Shown here piece by piece: positions 1 through 12,725 of a stretch of DNA of 64,000 bases. Position numbers and translations under genes: made by a program. The notes beneath the pieces are model-generated. The model saw nothing but the letters and a program-made list of their open reading frames with translations, had not been told where the DNA came from and did not search any database. The DNA is from Zootoca vivipara (taxonomy: Eukaryota): NCBI RefSeq assembly GCF_963506605.1, contig NC_083276.1, positions 87,978,001-88,042,000 of the forward strand. The letters run 5' to 3'. The first letter of the stretch is position 1. Every line of letters starts with the position of its first letter.

Positions 1-839
1 AAGACATGTTATGGCTTTTATAAGTACATAAACAAATCACAATATGCATACCTTTCTCTCTTATCAGTAGCATTCACCCTCAAATTCTCCTGTTTCTGAT
101 TGTAGTGTGGCATCCACACTGATCCTGATGCCTTCACTCTTTTCTTAAATCGGCTTGTAGGCAGGCCTTGCTCTTCTTCTGCCCTTCTAATGTCCCTTCA
201 GTCATAATTCAAACAACATTCATATGTAGGGCTATGCACACCAGATGGTGGCTGGAGATTCATTCCTGCTGGGATCTGCTTTCCCAGAATGCACCCTGCT
301 AAAGCAGACCCTTGCCTGCAACCTTTCCACCCCCGACAACCGCAGATCGCTCTAGGCATCCCAACCCAGCCTAAGGTGATCCAGAACTGTCACCACCATA
401 CTTGGCTGAAGCCTGGATTCCCCCGAAACAGCCTAACCAGACTTTGGGCTTCAGCTGGATCTGGTGCACAGCCCTAGATATACATGCATTTATTTCACTA
501 CAGGCTAGGTCCAGGCTACTTCTGAGGTTTTGATGCAGACTTTCTCAAGACAAAAAAAAAAGGATGTATAAGTATTGTCCATGGATATTTTATTTTATTT
601 TATTATTTTATAATAATAAAATTTATAATAAAATTTTATTATTTCATTATTTATTAAATGCCTATGCCGTCCTTCGTCTGAGGATTACAATATAAAATAC
701 CTCAAGACAAGAGCAAAACAGTTCACTCATCAAATCTGCTGCAGGACCATCAGAAAGGAAGGGAAATTCAGGTCCTTGATATAAATAGCTGGGAAGGGGT
801 TCTGGCGGAAGTATCACACACCTTAGTCAGCAGCACCAT

Positions 840-1115
840 GTTGTTGTTTAGTTGTTTAGTCGCGTCCGACTCTTCGTGACCCCATGGACCATAGCACGCC
901 AGGCACTCCTGTCCTGCACTGCTTCCCGCAGTTTGGTCAAACTCATGTTCGTAGCTTTGAGAACAATGTCCAACCATCTCGTCCTCTGTCGTCCCCTTTT
1001 CCTAGTGCCCTCAATCTTTCCCAACATTAGGGTCTTCTCCAAGGATTCTTCTCTTCTCATGAGGTGGCCAAAGTATTGGAGCCTCAGCTTCACGATCTGT
1101 CCATACAGATCGTGA
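840..1115 (-). mobile_element. BovB (RTE clade) LINE, 5'-truncated 3' end
   Basis: ORF 848-1123 encodes KLRLQYFGHLMRREESLEKTLMLGKIEG…RGRQRTRWLD…WRAMVHGVTKSRTRL, the typical BovB C-terminus. It has a (caa/ctaaa)-type tail and a flanking repeat agcaccat (832-839, 1116-1123). Confidence 0.9.
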
Positions 1116-2361
1116 AGCACCATACCAGTACAAATTTCCCCAATTTGCCTCTCTTATCCCCAGAATTTTGACATTTCCAGTGGGTGTGTGTAGGCAAATC
1201 AATTGCAGTATTTGGGGGCTCTCATTTGTTGCCGGGGGCCCTGAAATGGCCACATCAAATCAATAAATTGGATGAACCTAACTCAACCGTTCATACAAAT
1301 GTGGCACCTCTGACTGACTAGCTACTCTCAGTGGTATCAGCAGTAAAAGCTAGAAGGCCTGTGTCTTTAAAAGTACCACCAAATAAATGGTTTCCTAAGA
1401 AGAACCACTCACTGCTGCTGCATTCTGACTGACAGATGGAGGAGAATTGCAGTCTGGCTCCTTCCATTATGCTCAAAGGGTTCCCTACTTCCACCATTGC
1501 TTCTGGTTTCTGTAACAGATGGGAATTTCCTTCCCCTCTTTCTTCAGTGCCACAGTGGCTGCTACTATCGGACAAGTTCAGCAGCCGTGACTTACTAAGA
1601 TGATTATTTATTATAAGTATTTTTTTTTTTAAAAAAAACTATTATCCTGCACTTTCACTAAAAGAGCCCAAGGCAGCTAAAGGCACAGACCGTATCATCT
1701 TTATTTAACGAGTGATCCCAGCAGCCCACATTGATCCTCAGAAGAACACACCCCTATGTTAGGCTATTAAATATTGCCAACATGGTTGCTGTCATTCCTG
1801 GTTTGTAAGCTGACAACTGTGACTGAGAGGGGGTGAGATTCTGAAGGCTGTCCAATCAGCAAGAAGAAGTGATGTCAATCCATGTGGCCTAGTTTTATAT
1901 CTAAGTGTCCCTGCTGGCCAGCGCTATGTTCATTACTATGCACAGCCCTGAGGGCTAGAAATTTATGTATGATAAGAGACACTGACATGTTTTCATCATT
2001 TAGTACTCTTGGGCCTTCATGAAAAGGCCTGAGCAATTTGACCTTCAGTAACTGTGTGAGAGTTCGAAACCCACTTAACCCGGATTGCCCTAGTGAATTC
2101 TATGAGAGCATTTGAGATTAAATTTAGACATGTATTTAAGTACTTTGGAGAATTGGGGGAAACCTATAGGTTGCTGGGTTATATTCATCAAACTCTGACA
2201 TACCTGCATTTGCAGTTTTGGCTTGTCATGTTGATGCTCCTAAACAAGTGTGTGTGTGTGTGTCTGTGTGTCCAGTCTCTAAACGATTTTTTGGACCTTG
2301 CTTCTGGGTTGTGCTAATTATCTGCTTAATATGCTTCCTGTCTCCATTTGGAAGGCTCGTT

Positions 2362-2590
2362 AGAGTTGGGAAAATCTGTCAAATCCATGTTTCTTATTTT
2401 TCTAATCTTAAAAGTAGTTCATCCAAGTTCCACATCAGTTTGAGATTTTTTTTTTAAAGCCCTCCGGGAAATTCACCAGCACTTTGGGGCACATTTCTCC
2501 TGATATGCAGAATTTCATATGCAATTTTGTCAAAACAACATTTTGCAAGCAGTTCCCCCTAACATAATGCCGGCTTGTATGTTATTTTCT
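2362..2590 (+). repeat. Old interspersed repeat, related to the copy at 30873-31190/32190-32320
   Basis: Shared degenerate motifs (aaatct…ttccacat…gcacattt…ttcccct…ataatg) by eye. Confidence 0.4.
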
Positions 2591-2714
2591 GCCTCCGGTC
2601 CAAAATAGCTTGGAGCAGCTATTGGGAACACCACACCTTTGAGCTGGGTGTGGTGGTGAAGGTCCACCTTTTGCTGTTCTGCCTTCGTCAGTGAAATGTC
2701 TTGAGCTCTGACAG

Positions 2715-2886
2715 AGAGTGACCATAACTCCGTGGCAGAACACTAGCACTGCCTACAGAAGGTTGCAAGCCCAATCCCTGTGATAGCAAGTGAGCTAAAA
2801 TACCACTGCCTGGGACCATGAAAGCTTATTCCAACTAGGACAGGCAATTTTGGTTTGACTTGGTGCTAAGTAGCTTCCTAAGTTTC
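2715..2886 (+). mobile_element. Degenerate tRNA-derived SINE (squamate Squam3-like)
   Basis: Decayed A/B-box-like head and the …ttggtttgacttggtgctaagtagcttccta tail; resembles the reverse complement of 58359-58546. Confidence 0.4.
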
Positions 2887-3099
2887 CAGCATCAGGCAGG
2901 GAGGGTTGTGGATATAATGGCAGCCACTAGATAGCACTAACTACAGATTGATAGATTTCACCCCCCCTCCCGGTTTTAACCCCCCAGCCTTGAAAAGCTA
3001 CCCCCACCCCCACCCCCATTTACTGCCTGTAAAAAAGGCAATGAAAACAGGGGTGGAAGAATCAAGGTCCACCAAAATTGTGCCAGATTTTGACAGCAT

Positions 3100-3225
3100 A
3101 AACACCATACATTGAAAGCGCATTTAAAGCACCCCCCCCCAAAGAATATTGAGAGCTGTAGTTTACCCCTCACAGAGCTACAGCTCCCAACACCATTAAC
3201 AAAGTACAGTTCCCAGGAAGGGCAG
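3100..3225 (+). mobile_element. Palindromic non-autonomous repeat (second copy at about 10748-10900)
   Basis: Shared core ctgtagtt…cacagagctaca…cttaacaaa…acagttcccagg in both loci. Confidence 0.5.
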
Positions 3226-3955
3226 GCAGAGGTGTGGGGAGGATAAACTGGATTTCTATCCAAGCCCAGGGAATAGTTTAGAAGCTTTAAAAGTTTGCCT
3301 TTTGTTTGAGGCATGCTTTTTCAAACCTTAAATGTTCTTCACCAAGGCTGGTTTGGTAGAACTTTAGCAACCACTTGACTCCCCACCCCACCCCTCTAAT
3401 AAGTCTCAAACAATCAAGCTTTTCCTTGTAGGGAAAGTGATCTCCAGCCCTTGATCCTTTTGCTTGCCCTTTTCACAACCCTGAATACCATTTATACTAA
3501 ACATGTAGAAGTTGCATAATAAGAGCCTTGCATGCACGCACATGGCTTGTGCGCTTGTCCAAAATCCCATCCATCCGAATGGTTGGAAAATATGTACTTT
3601 ATCCAGTAAGCGGAACTGTCATGGGCTCTGACTCTGTTAAAGAAAACAGCAGCAGAAACTTGACGTTCTCTCTTGAGAGCTCACATTTCAAAAGAGCATG
3701 TTCTGATTAACTCCTGCACTAGCAGGCACTTCTCTCTCCAACAGACATCACACGTGCAGGGTTTTTTTTTATAGTGATGATAAGACGGTTGGTGGAAAGA
3801 GAAAATAGGGCAGAAAAAACAATAGCGAATCTCAGTGGAAAATGGCAAGATATTATTGGATTCCTTGTTCATAGTCTTATAGTCTAAAATTTGATACAAA
3901 AGTTCATCCCTGCCTCCTTCTCTCGCAGATTCAAATGCTGGTTGACAAAGTAATA

Positions 3956-4123
3956 CTGTATATTCCTGTGTATAAGACTACTCTTTAACCCAGGAAAATC
4001 TTCTCAAAAGTCGGGGGTCGTCTTATACGCCGGGTCATATTTCTTATACGGTGAGTATATCCCAAACTCTATATTTCAACTGGAAAAGTTGGGTGTCGTC
4101 TTATATGCCCAGCCGTCTTATAT
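3956..4123. mobile_element. Tc1/mariner (Tc2-like) MITE fragment
   Basis: TA followed by ctgtatatt…gtataagac terminus with repeated inverted gtcgtcttata motifs. Confidence 0.55.
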
Positions 4124-4679
4124 AATAATGCAAGCAATGGAAGAGGCTGCAATGTTGGGATCTACTGCCCAGTATTTTGCCATATGGTAAGATAAGCATC
4201 CATGGATTAATTTACACAACCCATAGCCCACTTTCCAGAAGCAAAGAGCCCTTCTGAAAGCTGCTTACAGAGCAACAGATGTAGGCAATTAGGGAATCAC
4301 AGAAGGCAACTCTTAAGTCTCCCCACACTATATGCTTAAGGAGAAAAAAAAAATTCCCCTAAATACAGTGGAAAACCTTCTATTGAGTTTCCCAATTCTA
4401 ACATTTTAAAGGGGTGCATTGCCTTAGCACTCAACATCCAGTCTCTTGTTGGGGCTGCCTTATCAAGGCTGGTTATTTTATTTATTTCATAAAATTGATA
4501 TACTGCTTGATTATTATTATTATTATTATTTTAAAAAACCTCAAGTGGTCCTTGGGGGCATTAGAAAAAAACAGACTCTAGTGAGGCAGTTGTATAAAAA
4601 GGTCCTTTGTCCAGAAAAGGTCTCGGGGGTTTCTTTATATTAGTATATGCACCTCATTTTCTCAGCCCTGACTCTATGT

Positions 4680-4815
4680 CAGGCATAAGCAAACTCAGCC
4701 CCCCAGATGTTTTGGGACTACAACTGGTCCTGATAGACAGGGATGGTCCTGATAGACAGGGATGTTGGGAGTTGTAGTCCCAAAACATCTGGAGGGCCGA
4801 GTTTGCCTATGCCTG
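4680..4815. mobile_element. hAT (Charlie-like) palindromic MITE
   Basis: TIR caggcata…tatgcctg, 8-bp TSD ctctatgt/ttctatgt, internal ggtcctgatagacagggat duplicated. Confidence 0.8.
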
Positions 4816-4828
4816 TTCTATGTTGATG

Positions 4829-4966
4829 TTACAGGTAGTTAGCTGTGTTGGTCTGCCATAGTAGAAACAAAATAAAAAAATTCCTTCCAGTAGCACCTTA
4901 GAGACCAACTAAGTTTGTCATTGGTATGAGCTTTTGTGTGCATGCACACTTCTTCAGATATTCTTC
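4829..4966. mobile_element. Short retroelement fragment (Penelope-like terminus by recall)
   Basis: acaggtag…ctgtgttggtctg…agcaccttagagaccaac…tgcacacttcttcagata, flanked by the 13-bp direct repeat ttctatgttgatg (4816-4828, 4967-4979). Confidence 0.55.
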
Positions 4967-5824
4967 TTCTATGTTGATGATGTTCTTGAACATAGGAACT
5001 TGCCCCACTGAAGATATGACCTCCACTGTTTGAGGTGAAACTGAGTTTTGTTGAAGTTTTGTCAGTGACGCCTCATTCACAGATGCAAGACATCACATTC
5101 ATCTATTCAGTGATAAACATACATAAGTGGATCTGGTTGCCCTCCGGACACCTGGCTAGCTAATGTGGATTTGTCACCCTGCAAATGCAGCTGGAAAGGA
5201 TTCACATTTTTGATCGCTCTCTTTTGTGTCTTCTTCTCTTCAAAACCCACCAGTTGCAAGGTGGATTGGCTTCATTCTGAAGAAAACAATACTATAGCAA
5301 AGTAAGTAATTATCCATTGTGTATTCAAGTGCATCATTATTGCTCACAGAAGATGCTTGGGCTGCATCTGGCTTTCCTGCATGGGGACATTCATGAAATC
5401 ACCAATTAGATAAGAATCAGCTGCACTTCATTGTCCCGACAAATGGAAAATGAAGCTGTGCTAATGTCCTTTATTTAGCGCTTGTTTATTTATTCTTGAA
5501 TAATGCAGTTGTGCGGCAAACAGTTATTATGCTCCGAATATACAATCTCTTGAAACTAACATCCGCTTAAATTGACTGTTACTGGAAACCTGCTGCCTCT
5601 TATGGCTGTGTGCATAATAACTTGACAAATAGAGGCAGGCATGCTGTGGGTTTAAGACTGCTTGCACTGTGAAAGGGCATCATAATCCACTTAAGAGAGG
5701 CTAAGCAGAAATCCCAATCCCCCGTCTCCTTTACCTTTCTCATCCCCTCTTGGACTAATTATACTTACAGATTTGAAAGAATGGGACACGTGAGTGCCAT
5801 ATGTTACAGTGGGCATAGTGTTGC

Positions 5825-5888
5825 ATCTGATACTGGAAATCCAGGCTCAAATCTTTATCTGATACTGGAAATCCAGGTTCAAATCTTT
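5825..5888 (+). repeat. 32-bp tandem duplication in a decayed SINE head
   Basis: atctgatactggaaatccagg(c/t)tcaaatcttt x2, containing a B-box-like ggttcaaatc. Confidence 0.85.
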
Positions 5889-7738
5889 GATTAGGTGTGT
5901 ACTATTGCTGGCCAAACAAGTAACTTAATATAGCTAGGCTCCTCATGTGCAGGTATGTGTTAGGTGTGGCAGTGGGGGTTCCTCTGTTGGGAAAAGTGGG
6001 GTGCAGCCCTCCTAAATTTCCGAGTGTCCAAAACCATAGTCCAGTCTTCTCCTGTTACCAACACTGATTAATGTATTTCCACTGACTGAGAGGCTTCCTA
6101 GATGCTTCTGTGGATCTCGTATGCTTAACCAATCAAAACTAGCAGGGCCCAACCCTGTCTCCAGCAACTAACTCTCCCCCTCCCCCCTCTCTATATATGG
6201 CTTGGGTAGGGCAGGAGGAATTCTGATCACTCACCCTGTCAATCAGCCCACCCTGAGCCAATCAAAACCATGCATTCTTCCTATGAGTGTTCAACTTTCT
6301 GAGCCTGCAGCATATGCTAGAGATAGAGATCTATATTTCCATCATAATAGATGTCTTTTAACCTATAGGGGAGGGAGGCAAGGAAAGTGTGTGTATTAAT
6401 ATGCCTTTGCTTGCTTGCTAGAATCCTTAATCTTTATCTTTTTGCCAGTAAATAAACAACATGTAAAGGTTCTATGCATGAAAACCCCTGGGCAGGTCTA
6501 CCTGAAATTTGGCAGGCATAATCTACCCTGGATGAGCTTCTTACCCTACATATTTCATTTATTTATGTGAAAAGGGGGGGGGAATGTTGTAGCCATTTCT
6601 AGTTTCCCCATTATAATCTCTTAGAGTGAAACAGATTCAGATTCAACAAATCAGATTTGGACACAGATCAGATATGAAACAGATGAGGTGGTTCCCAATG
6701 CTACAGATGGGCGAGCTTTGTTGTTGCTGCACACTCTTCCTATATGTGTGTATGCTGATGACCTAGAAAGAGCACCTGGTTCATCAACTTGGTCCAGAAG
6801 AACCCAAGAAGTTACTGAGCATCAATGTGAGACGATCTCTCTCTCATCCAAGAAGATATTGACCACCAGTGTGAGTGTGTGTCCACTTTAAAGGTATTTT
6901 GAAATATGATTTCCTTCACAGCCCTTGAGTCCATATACAGGCAAGGAAAGTACCATGGGTTAAGATGGCCAACTGCATTGTGCTGCCTAACGGTATGAAT
7001 TGGTAAGGAAGAGCCTAGGTTTTGTTGCGGAGGGGTTGGCAGCAATTTTGTTTAAAAACACTCTCCAACAGATTGAGAATCAAATGCTTTGAGGACTTTC
7101 CAAGATGAGGGCCTAAACATTGTTCAACCCCTGAGAGGCCAGCCTTGTGCTGAAGAATGGAGTATTAGACAAGGAGCAGTGGGCAGTCTGGGCTCTTCCC
7201 AACCTGAGCAATTTTCCAGCCACATTCAAATGCTCCAGTTGGGAAAGCTCACAGCACACAACTCTCATTCCAAGAAAGAGAACTCATGGCTAATTAACTT
7301 GAAGCCAACAGACGCTGGATGAAGCTATGTTTATTCAGGCAGCATCACTGCCAATTACCAACCAGCAAATCTGCTAATTTTGAAACAAGAGGGACCTGTT
7401 TCCTTAAAAAACCCTCTATCATCTCACTGTCAACTCCCTTTGCAATCTGATTGTCTTGATAATCACAGATACATTTATTGACAAGCTGGTTACATTTGAG
7501 GGTGTTTTTATCCCTTAATGTCATTGCTTTCCCCTTCAATTGCTTGTAATAGTTAGCCTTCTGTAATCTGACACTATCTGTTGACAATATTGCTACTCTG
7601 AAGTATGTCTACATTTATTGCTTTCTGCAGCCCCTCAGCAGCTAGAGAGACAGTTATTTCATTTGTGTGGTTTGGCCCTCTTCAGAACATTGGGAGGAAT
7701 ACAATGTTGTGGTCTTCTGATTTTTTTCATCAGAGAAA

Positions 7739-8004
7739 GTACAACGACACAAAACAACAACACCACAAATTGGCTAATCAGTAGAGACAGACTGAATAAC
7801 CATTCAAACAACAACATACAAAGATGCCACGTGCAAATCAAGTCCTGGTAATACTAAAAGTATGGAATGGATTATATCCATTTATACAGACTGGATAATT
7901 GAACCATTCAATGATTGGTTTGGACTCACGTTACTTGTTGAATTTTACTTGTTGAATTTTATATTGATTAGCCAGTTTGTTGTGTTGTTGTTTTGTTTTG
8001 GTAC
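7739..8004. repeat. Inverted repeat / foldback element with about 45-bp arms
   Basis: 7739-7783 is the approximate reverse complement of 7962-8004 (both strands give the peptide LISQFVVLLFC in the ORF track); both outer ends are gtac. Confidence 0.7.
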
Positions 8005-9682
8005 AAGTTTTTGGGGCCATAATGAACTTTTATCCCCTGGAAATTATTGCAATGGAAGGCACCAGATTTAATAGTATGGGTTGGAAATCCATCAATCTCA
8101 TGACAACACTTTATTTGATGTCCCTGTACCCATTTGTCTGTAATTTGGCAGGCTTTATCCTAACTTGAGGAGCTAGTATGCCTCTAGATGTCATTTTCTT
8201 TTTCTTTTACTATCCTAGTAGTGCATTCTCAGGGAAGGTGGAGCAGGGGAGAGAGAAGTCATGCCAAGGGCCAAGGGGTTATTTGGGAATCAGAGAGGCA
8301 ATAAAAGAAACACCAAGTTGATTAACAGGTTTATTTGCTAGATAAGAATACAAAGCTAAAAGCAGAAAAAGCAGGTATCTCATGGCCCTTCGATAAGTTG
8401 TTGATAGCCTTATCCTCCATTAATTTGTCTACCCCTCTTTTAAAGCCACGCAAGATCAAATCAATTTGCATTGGAAGTTGCAAAAATTGAATCATTTATG
8501 CATTCCTAGAGGTAAACTAATAAACTTCTTTAAATAAATAAATCACACTTTAAAAATATCTCCCTAGAGAAGCCAGTTCTGTGCAACATTCAAATTCTTC
8601 CACATCTTAAAGGCTTTTGAAACCAGGAGCTAAATCCTGGGACTTGGCAAAATACAGATGTTTGGTGTTTAGGGAGATTAATTTGCCCCAGAGGCTAATT
8701 TATATTGCTGGCTTTTCTTAATTATCTGGAAAGGGACAGAGAACAGGGATGCTCAGGTGAAATTTAATATACATGAATGAACACAAAAGGATCTGTTTGC
8801 ATTGCAGCCATGAAGTGGATGTCAAGTCAATTATTCAGCACAGGGCAAAGTACAGAAAGGAAAGTGCAACACAGAGCAAAAGCACATAGACTGGGGAAGA
8901 AAAACACCAGGAAGGGAAGGGCAGACTGATCCCTTCCTTCAATAGAAAGCCCTAAGGCTAAAATAAAAGAATGCCAGACAATGCTTTTTCAGATCCTTAC
9001 TGAAGTGCAGATGACTTTGATTTTATGCCACTACACATCATATATCTGCAGGTTCCATAGACTTTTTATGACAATGAGCCGGACATTACAGGTGATTTTG
9101 CATTCAGTTAAGGACATGAGAAGCATGCCCAATGAGCATGTGATATTTCAAGAATTTGGATTCTTGCATCTATTTATTAAATGTTTGCATTGAACCTTGT
9201 GTGTATGCTAGTATACATGTGTCTGCAGAGGCAAATTTGAGCATGATTTGTTCGGTCATGCTGGCCCTGCACCTTTGGGGCACATTGTAAAACTATTATT
9301 TTCAATTGAGCGCAACAGGCAGAGGGATTGCCACCAAAGTTTGGCGCCACACAGGGAACCACTGAAATTTGAGACCCCAAGACCCACCACTAGTGTGTAT
9401 GGGAAACAGAATGGTTCATGAGGTGTTTTTGTAGATGTGGAAGTCAACCTACCATAGGTTTACGTAATGTGTGAAATGTAACACCCAGGTCAGATTCACA
9501 GGTAGACCAGGGGAACCGAAGCACAATTGACAATTCCAGATTTCTTGGGACTGTTTAGAGTGGGATGTGGCATTTCTACCTCTTTGCCATATATTTGTAT
9601 GGTATTTGATATCAAACTTGGTGACATGGCTGGCTTAACAATCATCAAAATGCCTACTAGCTGTAGCTTGTCAAATGGAAGC

Positions 9683-9683
<1 letters not shown>

Positions 9684-9728
<45 letters not shown>
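9684..9728. repeat. (GT)n microsatellite
   Basis: Direct reading. Confidence 0.97.
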
Positions 9729-9729
<1 letters not shown>

Positions 9730-12047
9730 AGTATAGCTGGGCCAAGATTCTGAATAATAGGGGACATTTATCTTCCTGTGTGTGAGGAATTGTCATTTAA
9801 TCATGTGATACTGGGATACATCCTTTCAATCTGGAAGATCTCAAACCTGCCATACTTTGGATTGCCCCAGTACCACTTGTAAATTTTAAGAAAGCATACA
9901 ATTTTATCATTCTGGAAATCATGTTCTGCACCTGTATCTGAGAATTGGGTTGAAGACCTTTGGAGGTTTGTCCATTCAAGAATGAATTATGTATTATAAG
10001 AAGGATAAATCAGAGAAATTCAATGCAATTTGGCTGCCTTTCTTAAAACGGTTCTTTAATTGAACATTAATCTTTTACTGGAATTTCATGTCCTTAAAGC
10101 CCCCATTCCCTTTCTCTCTTCCTACCCCCCCATTTAATTTTCTCATTACATTAAAACTATTTTTATTCTTTCCATCACTGATTGTAATTCACTGGGGAAT
10201 GTCGAATGGGTAGGGCAATCAGGGGAGGGTGCCATCATAAATCAGGAAATGTCAAAACTGTTACCTTTTCTGGATTCTGATGGAACTGTTGCAGGGTATT
10301 TTTTACATCACGCATTCATGTTCAATAAAATATAAATTTAAAAAATGTAAGCAAGGATTGGAGGGGTAGGATATGGCAGCGTAGGAAAGAGAGGGGCAAA
10401 GAATTTCGTGGCACCTCCCAGAGTCCTACTATGCTAATTTTTTCAGATTCCATCTTGTCCTTTCATAATAAAAAGTTTGGGGAAGTGTCTTGTTTTAATA
10501 GGTATCCAGGAGAACCTCTTGGAGGGTTTACTACTGGAAACTGGTCACTAAGATATTGGAAAAAAAAGTGGTTGGCACTAGGTTTTTTAAAAATCAGATT
10601 TACCATAGAAAAGGTAAGTCTGGATCAATGTAGTAAAATATAAGGGATAGCATTTTTACACTAATAATATTGTGTGTGTAGTGTAAAAAGCTTGGAAGCA
10701 GGAGGAACACTAGAGCCTTTCTAAAAAGATGCTTTTATTGACTATGGCTGCATATACACCATGCATTTGAAACTCATGGTTTCCTCCAAAGCCTCATGGG
10801 AACTGTAGTTCACTTTCACAAAGCTACAATTCTCAGCACCCTTAACAAACCACAGTTCCCAGGCTTCTTGGAGGAGGGAAGTGTGCTTTAAATGTGTGCT
10901 GCTCTATTTTTTCCTGCAGTTTCTTGACTACAATACATATCTAGTTCTTTTTTTGTTACTCATGTTAGATGACATATATGCCATGACTCCCCTTGTTGAA
11001 TGGGTATCCACATATTTAACACACACACACCATCTAATTGGTGACTGTGATTCAAACTGATCACTTATTGGAGTTTTCTGAAAGAGAGACAGGAAAAGCA
11101 GAAGGATGATGATTTGTGATGGAAGTCAGAAGAATGGGTCACCAAAGCTATCTGCTCTGCTAACCCGATTGGTCCTTAGCAATAATGTGCTGGGCAAAGG
11201 GCCAGCATGAAAGAAATTGTATTGGCAATGAGCAGAAGCAGGAAGCTCTCAGACTCTACAGAATATGGGACTGCCATTTGCTCTGAAAAGTACTTTCAGT
11301 CACAGTATTAAGAGAAGCAGGCGTGCAGCAGTACCCATAAATGTAAAGGTTTTGAATGTACTCTTGGCCTTTTGTTCTCACTTGGCCCGAGGGCTTTTTG
11401 TTTGGAATTGACAGCATTGCTTCCTTTTGTTTATTCAGCTGGATGATAAACTCGAACAGTGTTTCCCTTTTTTGAACCATAGGCAGCGGAATAGCACTGG
11501 CACAACTGCTCAAGTGAACAAAATTGTTATTCTCCATTGATTTGATGTGCAGGAGCTTGAAAAGAGGCCAGGGGAAGCACCAAAATCTTGTCGCTTTTGT
11601 GTTTTATCTCTGAACATTTCAAGAGTTTCTATAGCTTCTAGCAGACAAGAAGAGAATATTCCTTAATGTACCCAGAGAAAGAAAAGGCTAAGCTGCTATT
11701 AACCACCAAATGGCATTTTGAATAACTCGATGAAACACTTGAGGGGATTGTGCTGGAAGACTACACAATTATTTGTTTGAACAAGGTGTAAAGCTTGAAT
11801 AACAAAATATATTTCCAAAAAGCATGGATTTGGGACTTGATGATTTATGAATAGGAACAAATGGAGCAAACCAAACTGTTTAAATAAAATTATTGGAAAT
11901 ATATAATTGCATGAGCTACAGTTGCAATTGTTCATTGGCATTCAACTCTAGATTTTGGATTTTATTACTACTATAACATCATAAAGTTGTTTTCTTCTCC
12001 CCGCCCAATCCTCAACTATGTTTTTATTCCTCAGCAATGCCAATATC

Positions 12048-12404
12048 AGGGGCACGGGTGGCACTGTGGGTTAAACCACAGAGCCTAGGGCTTGCCGATC
12101 AGAAGGTCGGCGGTTCGAATCCCCGCAACTGGGTGAGCTCCTGTTGCTCGGTCACAGGTCCTGCCAACCTAGCAGTTTGAAAGCACCTCAAAGTGCAAGT
12201 AGATAAATAGGTACCACTACAGCGGGAAGGTAACAGTGTTTCCATGTGCTGCTCTGGTTTGCCAGAAGTGGCTTTGTCATGCTGGCCACATGACCTGGAA
12301 GCTGCATGTCGGCTCCCTCGGCCAATAACACAAGATGCGTGCCACAACCCCAGAGTTGGTCACGACTGGACCTAATGGTCAGGGGTCCCTTTTCCTTTAC
12401 CTTT
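12048..12404 (+). mobile_element. Sauria SINE, full length
   Basis: tRNA-like head with B box ggttcgaatcc, tail ggtcaggggtccc…(ctttac)n, perfect 12-bp TSD aatgccaatatc (12036-12047, 12405-12416). Confidence 0.92.
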
Positions 12405-12488
12405 AATGCCAATATCTTTTTTTTTTTGTAAATTATCACTGAAGTTCTGCTGAAGGGTGATATATGACACTTTTAAAAGAAACGCACA

Positions 12489-12725
12489 CACCTGGCACCT
12501 CGCAAGATGAATGCCTCGCAGAATGAAAAACTCGCAAGATGAAAGCATTTTGCGATGTTTTTGGTGACTCGCAAGACAAAGTTTTCTATGGCTGTGCTTT
12601 GCAATATGAATTTTTTGTGTTGTTGGGTTTTTTTTGCTGTGGCAAACCACGCTTCGCAAGACAAAATTATCGCAAGACGAAGCGACTCGTGGAACGAATT
12701 AATTTCGTCTTGCGAGGCACCACTG
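12489..12725. mobile_element. Tc1/mariner (Tigger-like) MITE
   Basis: Right TIR gaggcaccactg+TA, repeated tcgcaaga motif, degenerate left TIR. Confidence 0.7.

Noticed and set aside
9800-10660. Possible ancient L1 ORF2 remnants
   Set aside because: Only faint resemblance by eye, with no TSD or clear motif; not supportable without a search.
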